From positions 222 to 64,221 of the forward strand of contig JAJDEI010000109.1 of assembly GCA_029259845.1 (NCBI GenBank): a stretch of 64,000 bases of DNA, read 5' to 3'. How positions within the stretch are numbered: position 1 is the first letter of the stretch; the number at the start of each line of letters is the position of its first letter. The notes below the pieces were generated by a model, which did no database searches, had not been told where the DNA came from, and saw nothing but the letters and a program-made list of their open reading frames with translations. The position numbers and the translations under genes are program-made. This stretch comes from Planctomycetaceae bacterium (GTDB lineage Bacteria; Planctomycetota; Planctomycetia; Planctomycetales; Planctomycetaceae). Shown piece by piece: positions 9,794-24,080 of this stretch.

Positions 9794-10477
9794 ATGCCCA
9801 TTGGTGACCCCGGAAAAGAACAGTTTCGCCGCGCAATTACGACCCTTCGCAACTTGCACATCGCTGCCGCCCTCTCGCCGCTGTTCACCATGCGTAGCGA
9901 GTTGCTGGCCAACGACGAGCTCTCCGACCGGGGCGGCTTCGACGACCCGACCCGCGACCATCTGCTCACGCATTTAGTCAACTGCGACCGCTGGCGGCGG
10001 CGGGTGACGCATAACCCGGACAAGGAAGATCTCGGCGACAAAATCGAACGGGCGATCGACCCGGGCGCCACCATCGACGCCGGGGAAAACCCGTTTGGCG
10101 GCGACGACGTCCAAAACCAGAGCGGCGGTCTGATCGACCTGCCGTACGCGCTGGACGGCAGCGATCCGGACATCCCGTTGCAATCGACGCTCAAGCTCAA
10201 GAGCACGCACGCCGTCGTGCTGATGGGTGCCATCGACAAGGTGATCGTCTCCTGGACCCGTCTCAACAGCCGCGACCGCACGCGGTTCATCACCCGCTAC
10301 GATTCCATGCGGATTTACGGCCACTATCAGGAAATTCTCGGCTACCTCCGCTCCTTCGGCGGCGACGAAAACCGCGTCGACGTCGCCCAGGTCCTCGCCA
10401 GCGAAGAACCCCTCGGTCCGAGTGACAGCCCCAACCGCAAAGCGGAGACGAGCGGGCGCGCCTCAAGCGCGACGTAA
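9794..10477 (+). CDS. hypothetical protein
   Basis: 227-aa ORF with an ATG start and GC-rich third codon positions like neighbouring genes. No motif recognised. The overlapping reverse ORF (9706-10293) has shadow-like R/S-rich composition. Confidence 0.55.
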   Translation: MPIGDPGKEQFRRAITTLRNLHIAAALSPLFTMRSELLANDELSDRGGFDDPTRDHLLTHLVNCDRWRRRVTHNPDKEDLGDKIERAIDPGATIDAGENPFGGDDVQNQSGGLIDLPYALDGSDPDIPLQSTLKLKSTHAVVLMGAIDKVIVSWTRLNSRDRTRFITRYDSMRIYGHYQEILGYLRSFGGDENRVDVAQVLASEEPLGPSDSPNRKAETSGRASSAT

Positions 10478-10518
10478 TGGATCACCGCAGAGCGCGCGGA
10501 GTTACGCAGAGGTGTCCC

Positions 10519-16860
<6,342 letters not shown>

Positions 16861-17071
16861 AAGAACGAGACCTGTCGAGAGTGAGAAGCACGCACCCGCG
16901 GGAACCCCCCGGCAGGCCTGTGGCGATTAGATAGCGTCACCGCCGCGAAAGTTCCAGACCATTTGCCGATCTGGGGAAGAACCCGAGATCGAGTGACGAT
17001 CTTTGTGGGTCAGCGCAGTGTGATGCGAAACCGCAAGCGTGGGTTGTGCGAAACCGCAAGCGTCAATCGTG

Positions 17072-17935
17072 TCATCCGGCGCGGCGGTGGGGGAGCGCCG
17101 GGGCGAAGCGATCTTCGAGCCAGTGGAGGATTTCGGCGGCGGTCTGTTCCCAGCCCGGTTCGTTGATCAGCTCGTGCCGGTTGTCGGGCAGGAAACGGTG
17201 CGTGACCTGCTGAGAGCGAATCTTCTGCAGCCACTGGACGGCCGATTCGGAATTGACGATCTCGTCGGCGTCTCCCTGAAGCAGCAACAGCGGCAGATCG
17301 AAGCGGTCCGCCTCGTCGTGGGCGGCGGTGATGGCGTGCTTGACGCGGAAGAACCAACCGGCGGTCACCGTTTTGTGCATGTGCGGGTCGAGTTCGCGCG
17401 CAGCGAGCACCTCGTCGTTGCGGGTGATTTGAGAGGCTTTGACCACCGTGCCGAACCGCGTCGTTGGCCGGACGACCGAGCAGAGCTTTCCGACCGCCTG
17501 CTTGAAGAGTTGTACGCGGACCTTCAGCCCGAGAAGCGGTGCTGAGAGCACCAGTGCGGCCATGCGGTCGGTTCGCGACTGGGAGTACCGTACGCTGACA
17601 AGTCCGCCCATGCTGTGGGCGAAGACGGCGGTCCGCTCCGGGCGGAGCCGGAAGTGGGTCCAGATGAGGTCGAGATCGGCGAGGTATTGATCGAAGTGGT
17701 CGAGATGCGTCGGCACGCCTCCGGACCGTCCGTGGCCGCGCAGGTCGCCGGCGATCACCGCCCAGCCGGCATCGGTGACGTGACGAACGAAATGGCCGTA
17801 TCGCCCACCGTATTCACCCGCCCCGTGAACGATCACCAGCGTGCGGCCGTTGTCGTTGCGAATCGGCACGAACCGGCGGACGAACAGTTCAGCCGCCCCG
17901 TCCTGGCTCCGCAGTGTGATGGCCGATTTGATCAA
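17072..17935 (-). CDS. alpha/beta hydrolase (lysophospholipase / monoacylglycerol lipase-like)
   Basis: HGAGEYGGRY...GDLRGHGRSGG, nucleophile elbow AHSMGG, late DADEIV and NRHEL (Asp/His candidates). Confidence 0.8.
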   Translation of the reverse strand: MIKSAITLRSQDGAAELFVRRFVPIRNDNGRTLVIVHGAGEYGGRYGHFVRHVTDAGWAVIAGDLRGHGRSGGVPTHLDHFDQYLADLDLIWTHFRLRPERTAVFAHSMGGLVSVRYSQSRTDRMAALVLSAPLLGLKVRVQLFKQAVGKLCSVVRPTTRFGTVVKASQITRNDEVLAARELDPHMHKTVTAGWFFRVKHAITAAHDEADRFDLPLLLLQGDADEIVNSESAVQWLQKIRSQQVTHRFLPDNRHELINEPGWEQTAAEILHWLEDRFAPALPHRRAG

Positions 17936-18299
17936 CCGTGGTCCCTTCGCCCGTTGGCCCGTCGATGGTGGTCCCCGCTGTGGTGCGCTTGCAATTGGTC
18001 ACGCACAATCGCCGGACCCGCGAGGTGTAACTGAGTGGGACCGTTTCCCAAAGATCGAGTCGGGGGGAGACAGTTCGCTCCCGAGGTTGGAGGGTTGGTC
18101 GTAACTCGTTCTATGAACACCGAATGGGGCAGAACTGTTTGCGGTCGCACGGAAAGCAGCGTAGACTTGAAGAGGTCGGTCGTCGGCATGATTCGCCGAT
18201 CCGGAGCTGGAGTTCAGCCTTGAGGCTGCGCAGGCAGGAAGCGGCAGGCGAAGGCAAGCTGAAGCTTGAACTCCAACTTGGGGACGAAAGTTTGGCGGG

Positions 18300-18327
18300 G
18301 TCCCGTCGCTAACGCTCCGGGCTCTGA
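18300..18327 (+). repeat. 28-nt dispersed motif GTCCCGTCGCTAACGCTCCGGGCTCTGA (solo copy)
   Basis: Near-identical to the terminal inverted repeats at 61302-61330 (complement) and 61479-61507; a variant lies at 23944-23971. Confidence 0.75.
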
Positions 18328-18371
18328 GTTTTTGTGGCTTGGGGCGCTGAGTTCTTGTTTCTGAGGAGACG

Positions 18372-20231
18372 TTGGTGAACGCGACACGCCGCGATTGGCC
18401 CGCCTGGGCGATCAGTCTGGTGGTCAACCTGCTGATTCTGTTTGTTCTGCACAACATCGTGCACGAAATCGCCTGGGAGCGGGAAGCGGCGGCGATCACC
18501 AGTGTCGTTGATGACCTCGCCGAGCGCGAGTACAACTTTGCCGATGTGTCGGTCAGCGACCTGGTCGGCAATGGGGGCGATTCGTTCGCGCTCACGCCCA
18601 GCATGCAGGCGGCCACGATGCAGGGAGAGAACCGCGACAAGCTCCAACAGGACATGGAGGAACTGGTCGCGCCGACCTTCGTCGATTTCTCCGAAATGGC
18701 CGATATCCCCCTGCAGGACGAGTTGGCCGCAGCGTTCGAAAACCGGGGGCAGACGGACCATGCCCTCGGCGGCGTCGAAGGCGCGATGGACCGCATCGCT
18801 TTCGAGATCGCCATGTCGCTCAAAGAACGGCAAACGCTCGTGTTGTGGTTGTTCGACGCTTCGGGGTCGCTTCGCGACCGGCGGGACTCGATCGCCGAGC
18901 GTTTCGAGACGGTCTACAAGCAACTCGAAACCCGCGGTAAGACCGAAGGGCTGTACACGGCGGTCGCCAGTTTCGGACAGGCGACACGGCTACTCACACC
19001 GGATCCATTGACCGACGTCAAGGACCTCGTCACTGCCGTGCACAACGTGGAGATCGACGAATCGGGCGTTGAAAACATTTTTGGTGCCGTGCATCAAACG
19101 GCCGACAAGTGGAAACGGTTTCGTAAGTCCGAAGGCCGCTGGAACAAAATGGTATTCATCGTCACCGACGAACGGGGTGACGACATCGAAAAACTGGAAG
19201 AGGCGATCACGCTTTGCAAACGGTTCGGCATCCGCGTGTACACGGTGGGCAATGCGGCCATCTTCGGACGCCGCGAGGGCTTCGTCGACTACCGCGAGGA
19301 AGACGGTTACGTCCATCGCAACATCGTGGTCGACCAGGGTCCCGAGTCGGCGTATCCCCATCAACTGAGGCTCGCCTACTGGGGCGGGGGGGATGACTTC
19401 CGGCTGCGGCGAATGTCGGCCGGGTATGGTCCTTACGGACTCACGCGGCTCTGTGCGGAGACCGGCGGTGTGTTCTTCATCACCGAGGAAAACAAGGGCT
19501 ATCGCTTTGACCGGGCGGTGATGAGGGACTACACGCCCGACTACCGTCCCATTCGCACGCTCGACCAGGAGATCCGACAGAACCCGGCGAAGGCGGCTTT
19601 GGTGCAGGCGGCGAACGCGGTCGCCATTGATGACGCCCCGATCCCCGAACTCAGCTTCCGCGCGGACGACGACACGATCCTCCGGCAGCAGATCACCGAA
19701 GCGCAGAAACCGCTCGCCGATTTCCAGTACCATCTCGACAAACTGTATGGCTTCCTGGAGCGCGGCACGGTCGCGCGGGAGAGCCTCACGGAACCGCGCT
19801 GGCGGGCGGGCTTCGATTTGGCGATGGGACGCGTGCTGGCCATGCGGGTCCGTGCCTATGGGTACAATGTGATGCTCGCTAACATGAAAAGTGAGCCGCG
19901 GTCGTTCGGGACGGAGGGCAACAACCTGTGGCGGCTTGTGCCCTCAGAGACGATCGAGACGGGGCCGTCGGTGCGGAAGTTCGCGGAGCAGGCGAAGACG
20001 CTGCTCAAAGGAGTCATCGACGATCATGCGGGCACTCCTTGGGCGGCGCTCGCGGAGCGGGAGTTGCGTCAGCCGCTCGGTTGGGAATGGCAGGAAGGCC
20101 GCATCGACATTGAAGCCATCCTGGCAGGTACCGAAGACGCACCGCCGCGGTTGTTACTGGCAGAAGAGCGAAACCGTCTCGACGAAAAGCGTCCGGAACC
20201 ATCGCCCGTCCGGGCTCCCCCCAAATTGTAA
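18372..20231 (+). CDS. VWA domain-containing membrane protein
   Basis: N-terminal TM helix (WAISLVVNLLILFVLHNIV) and a MIDAS-type DxSxS (VLWLFDASGSLRD) with a following Rossmann-like VWA pattern (MVFIVTDERGDD). Paralogous to the next gene. Confidence 0.75.
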   Translation: MVNATRRDWPAWAISLVVNLLILFVLHNIVHEIAWEREAAAITSVVDDLAEREYNFADVSVSDLVGNGGDSFALTPSMQAATMQGENRDKLQQDMEELVAPTFVDFSEMADIPLQDELAAAFENRGQTDHALGGVEGAMDRIAFEIAMSLKERQTLVLWLFDASGSLRDRRDSIAERFETVYKQLETRGKTEGLYTAVASFGQATRLLTPDPLTDVKDLVTAVHNVEIDESGVENIFGAVHQTADKWKRFRKSEGRWNKMVFIVTDERGDDIEKLEEAITLCKRFGIRVYTVGNAAIFGRREGFVDYREEDGYVHRNIVVDQGPESAYPHQLRLAYWGGGDDFRLRRMSAGYGPYGLTRLCAETGGVFFITEENKGYRFDRAVMRDYTPDYRPIRTLDQEIRQNPAKAALVQAANAVAIDDAPIPELSFRADDDTILRQQITEAQKPLADFQYHLDKLYGFLERGTVARESLTEPRWRAGFDLAMGRVLAMRVRAYGYNVMLANMKSEPRSFGTEGNNLWRLVPSETIETGPSVRKFAEQAKTLLKGVIDDHAGTPWAALAERELRQPLGWEWQEGRIDIEAILAGTEDAPPRLLLAEERNRLDEKRPEPSPVRAPPKL

Positions 20232-20381
20232 TGGTCCGATTGTCCGTAAGCGTTCATCGGTCGGAGCCACATGTCGGGGCCGGTCGCGCTCGAGTGGTGC
20301 TAAGCCGCAAGCGGCATTCCAGACAGACATAAGACTCGGAACTCGACGGATCGCCGTTCCCTGTGAAGAAAGACGCTTTGC

Positions 20382-22256
20382 ATGCACGGTACCCGCAGCC
20401 TTCCCCCGCTGTTGATCTCGGTCGCGGTTCATGCCGTGTTGCTGGGGATGCTGGCGGCGTTTCGTTTCAACCTGCTTGACCAACAAGCGGACGTTGCTGT
20501 GGAAACGGTCTTCACCGAGGAGCGCATACAGGAGGAGTTCGCCCAGGACCTGCAGATCGACACCACGCCGTCGGAGTCGCTGCGGCTGACTGCCGGCGGG
20601 GTGCAGACGACGAGCCCCGGCGCAGCGCCGGGGGCATCGGCCGCCAGGACGAAAATCGAACAGTCCGACGCCCTGCAGCAACCGGAGTTTCGCTTCAACA
20701 TCGCCGACCTGGAAATGCCCGGATTGGACATGCTGGGCGAAGACCTTGGCGAGGGAGAAGTGTCGGGCGAAGTGGGCGCCCGTGTGGAAGGATACGGCGC
20801 GGCGATGGGGCGGCTCACGCACGAACTGCTCCGCGTCATGCGAAACCAACAGGTGATCGCCTGTTGGCTGTTCGACGAGTCCAACAGCCTCAAGGACGAT
20901 CGCAAGGAGATTCGCGATCAGTTTCACAAAATCTATGAGGAACTGAACATCGCCAACGAACGGACCAAGAAGGGCCGGTATCATTCTCTGGAAACGATGA
21001 TCTACAGCTTCGGTGAAGGCCTGCATCCCATCACCCGCAAGCCGACCGCCGACCTCAAGCAGATTCGTGACGCGATCGACAAAGTCCCGGTTGACGAAAC
21101 GGGCCACGAGTACACCTTTGGGGCCATTTCGTCCGTCATCGACGAGCACAGCAAGGCGGCAGCTCGCAGCAACCGGAAGCTGGTCATTATCCTGCTGACC
21201 GATGAGGTCGGTGACGACGCGGAGATGCTCGAAGAGGTCATCGCCAAGGCGCAACGGTTTAAATCGCCGCTCTACGTGTTGGGCCGCGAAGCCGTGTTCG
21301 GGTATCCGTACGCCCACGTCCGCTGGATCAATCCGGAATCAGGCATCCATCATTGGGTGCGCGTCAACCGCGGGCCGGAAACCGCCTTTCCCGAAGCGCT
21401 GCAGTACGACGGATTCCGCGGGCGTCACGACGCGTACTCCAGCGGATTCGGGCCGTACGCGCAGGTGCGGCTTGTCCGGGAGTCCGGGGGCATTTTCTTT
21501 CTGTTAGCCAGTGATGAGGCCAATCTTGTGGGCCGTTCGGTTCACGAACGATTGCAGCGGAAGTTCGACGACGTGGCCATGAAGGAATACGAACCGCTCC
21601 TGCTGGATAAACGCGAATACGCCCGTCGCCGGGATGCGAGCGAGTTCCGCAAAACCATCTGGAGTGTGATCCTCGCTCTCAATCCGCACATCGACGATCA
21701 GCTCGTGATTCGCTGGCACCATTATCCGATCGACCACGCGGAATTTGAAAAGGAAGGCCGGAAGAACTTCGACCGCGGCGTGCGGGCAATGGCGATGATC
21801 AACCAGCAACTGGCCGTGCTGGAACGTGTGCGGCCTCTGCGCGCCCAGGAAGCCCGGCAGCGCTGGCGTGCTGCTTTCGATCTTCTCAACGCGCAGCTCA
21901 TCGCCTGCCGTGTCCGCGAATTCCAGTATCTGCTCTCGATGGACAAACACGTCCGCGAGAAACCCGAACCGCAGCAACCGGACACGAATTACTGGGACCT
22001 GAACTACACTTCCAGAATGCTCGAACCGGACGAGCAACAAGTCAAGAAGACGAACGTCGATTACGATCAGCTCGAACAGCAACGTCAGCACGCCCTCGAA
22101 CTGTACGATCAAGTCATCCGCGACCATCCGGAGACGCCGTGGGCGATGGTCGCCGCCGCCGAGAAACGTCTGGGCTTCGGCATGACGTTCCACGAACGGT
22201 TCTGGGACCCGCGCTACTTCGAGGAAGAAGAGCGAGGCGCGGTGCCGAAGTTCTAG
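20382..22256 (+). CDS. VWA domain-containing membrane protein (tandem paralogue)
   Basis: N-terminal TM helix (LLISVAVHAVLLGMLAAF), IACWLFDESNSLKDD, LVIILLTDEVGDD, and a C-terminal region collinear with the 18372-20231 product. Confidence 0.75.
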   Translation: MHGTRSLPPLLISVAVHAVLLGMLAAFRFNLLDQQADVAVETVFTEERIQEEFAQDLQIDTTPSESLRLTAGGVQTTSPGAAPGASAARTKIEQSDALQQPEFRFNIADLEMPGLDMLGEDLGEGEVSGEVGARVEGYGAAMGRLTHELLRVMRNQQVIACWLFDESNSLKDDRKEIRDQFHKIYEELNIANERTKKGRYHSLETMIYSFGEGLHPITRKPTADLKQIRDAIDKVPVDETGHEYTFGAISSVIDEHSKAAARSNRKLVIILLTDEVGDDAEMLEEVIAKAQRFKSPLYVLGREAVFGYPYAHVRWINPESGIHHWVRVNRGPETAFPEALQYDGFRGRHDAYSSGFGPYAQVRLVRESGGIFFLLASDEANLVGRSVHERLQRKFDDVAMKEYEPLLLDKREYARRRDASEFRKTIWSVILALNPHIDDQLVIRWHHYPIDHAEFEKEGRKNFDRGVRAMAMINQQLAVLERVRPLRAQEARQRWRAAFDLLNAQLIACRVREFQYLLSMDKHVREKPEPQQPDTNYWDLNYTSRMLEPDEQQVKKTNVDYDQLEQQRQHALELYDQVIRDHPETPWAMVAAAEKRLGFGMTFHERFWDPRYFEEEERGAVPKF

Positions 22257-22303
22257 CCATCGGCGTGTGACACGGAGACCGTGGACACGTCAGTCCGAAA
22301 GAT

Positions 22304-23680
22304 TCAGTCGCCGGCGGCGCGCTCCAGCTGTTCGATGAGCTGCTCCTCGCGTGCCAGTGCGTTTCGTTCGTCCCGGATCACGGTCCGTGAGAGACGTTCG
22401 AGGCCGAATTGTCGCAGTGCGACCCCTCGGGTGAGCCGATAGCCGGGACCGGACGATCGGGTCGCTTCAAACAGTCCATCACCCGCGTATCGCATGCCGG
22501 ATGGATCGAGGACCGCCATCAGCGGGATCGTGCCAAGTTCGGTTTCGTCTTCGGAGTCGCCGTTGCGAACAGTCACTCGTCCGTCGAGATCGATCGTCAG
22601 CGACCGGGCTTCTTCCGGGACAATGATCGGCGGATCGAGCCGCCAGGGCTCTGACGTCGTCGCCAGTGCGAGGTGTCGGTCGTCGTCGATCATCAGCCGG
22701 CCGCTGCGCGTGAGCCGCGTTCGGCCGTTTTGCCGCACCTGCAGAAACCCGGGCCCTTCGATGGCGATATCGAGCGCATGCCCGGTTTGATGGAATTCGC
22801 CCAGAATGAGCGAAGGCTCAATTCGCGCGAGCCGTACCCTGAGTTCGCCGTGTGCGATGCCGCTGGATCCACTGTTGTCGGCGCCGCTGCCGCTGCCGGC
22901 GTCACTCATAACAGGCACAAGACGCTGATAGCCGGCCGTTTCGGCGTTGCACAAATTGTGAAGCCGGATGTTGCGCACCCGGCGAAGACATTCCCGAGTG
23001 TCCGCCAATGCGGTGGCAGTGACCGGTTGCTGGGGCGTCGCGGGCAAGGCAGGGAGCGAACTCAGCGGCGCGAGCGCGCGCCCGGGGGCCACGGCCATGC
23101 CTCCCGGTGCCCCGCCGACGTGCTTTCGCATCCGCAAGATGCCTTTGACGTCGGAGGCATCAAGCCCGTGGAGCACGTCGAACCAGACGTCCTGCTCCTG
23201 TGCGGATGCGTGCGGGATCTCCTGGGCGATGATCGACCGCGTGATCTGTTCACGGTACTTTGTTTCTGCGTCGATGGGAGCAGCCTGCGCCGCCTGAGGC
23301 AGATTCTCGGGCTCTTCGCCGGTCGCCGACAACTCGGTGGTCACACGAATCGGCCGCTGCGCAGCAGTCATGTCGACAGGCGGGGAAGAAACGAGCCGGC
23401 GGGCATTTCCCGCGAAAAACGACCGTGGTGCGTCCCTCGGAGCTGCCAGCTGAGCCAGGCCCTCGGAACCGGGAAAGCCGGGTTCGCCAACGGAACGGAG
23501 ATCGTGCAGGCCCTCGGCATCGTGCGACAGCCATGCCGCGTCGCGGTTTGCCGAAGTCACGCGCGTCCAAACAAAGACGTGCCCCGCTGCAAATCCGAGA
23601 CAGGCGCCCAGCAGCGTCCCGCAAGCGAACATGGCACGGAGTCGTGCAGCATCGGAAGCGTTCCGGTTGTTGTCGGTCAT
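22304..23680 (-). CDS. flagellar basal-body rod protein FlgF/FlgG-like domain with about 230-aa N-terminal extension
   Basis: The C-terminal about 230 aa are collinear with rod proteins: HNLCNAETAGYQR (cf. NNLANVxTxGFKR), HALDIAIEGPGFLQV, LTRSGRLMIDDD, LTIDLDGRVTV, LGTIPLMAVLDPSGMRYAGDGLFEAT. The N-terminus has a hydrophobic segment (MFACGTLLGACLGFAAGHVFVW). Confidence 0.5.
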   Translation of the reverse strand: MTDNNRNASDAARLRAMFACGTLLGACLGFAAGHVFVWTRVTSANRDAAWLSHDAEGLHDLRSVGEPGFPGSEGLAQLAAPRDAPRSFFAGNARRLVSSPPVDMTAAQRPIRVTTELSATGEEPENLPQAAQAAPIDAETKYREQITRSIIAQEIPHASAQEQDVWFDVLHGLDASDVKGILRMRKHVGGAPGGMAVAPGRALAPLSSLPALPATPQQPVTATALADTRECLRRVRNIRLHNLCNAETAGYQRLVPVMSDAGSGSGADNSGSSGIAHGELRVRLARIEPSLILGEFHQTGHALDIAIEGPGFLQVRQNGRTRLTRSGRLMIDDDRHLALATTSEPWRLDPPIIVPEEARSLTIDLDGRVTVRNGDSEDETELGTIPLMAVLDPSGMRYAGDGLFEATRSSGPGYRLTRGVALRQFGLERLSRTVIRDERNALAREEQLIEQLERAAGD

Positions 23681-23943
23681 GGTTCCCTCCTGTGACCTCC
23701 GCCGCCCGCAAGCGTTTTCCCCTGACCACGAAAAGGTTTATGAGAAATAACGCGTCGTCCGGGCATCCCTCCCCTCGCAGGTCCTGTTTGACGAGAGCGG
23801 GGAACGCTAGCGAATCGGAACCTGTTTCGCAAGACTGAGTTGCGATCGACTCAAATGTCCAGAACCGCAGGGCCAACTTGAGATTGTTGAAGGGGGAGCG
23901 TGAGGCTCAGGGGGAGCGAATCGCAGGTCACTCTCGGTAGGTC

Positions 23944-23971
23944 GTCCCGTCGTTCACGCTCCGGGCTCGGA
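23944..23971 (+). repeat. variant copy of the 28-nt dispersed motif
   Basis: GTCCCGTCGTTCACGCTCCGGGCTCGGA. A partial inverted match (GGGGAGCGTGAGGCTC) lies about 40 bp upstream. Confidence 0.6.
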
Positions 23972-24080
23972 AACGTTGACGAGCATCGCGCCATTTTTCT
24001 GGGGGAAACCTTGAACGCACCTGCCGGCCTGCGCTCGCCGTACGGCGGTTTGCGAAAGCAGCGATGGGACACGTGTCGCT

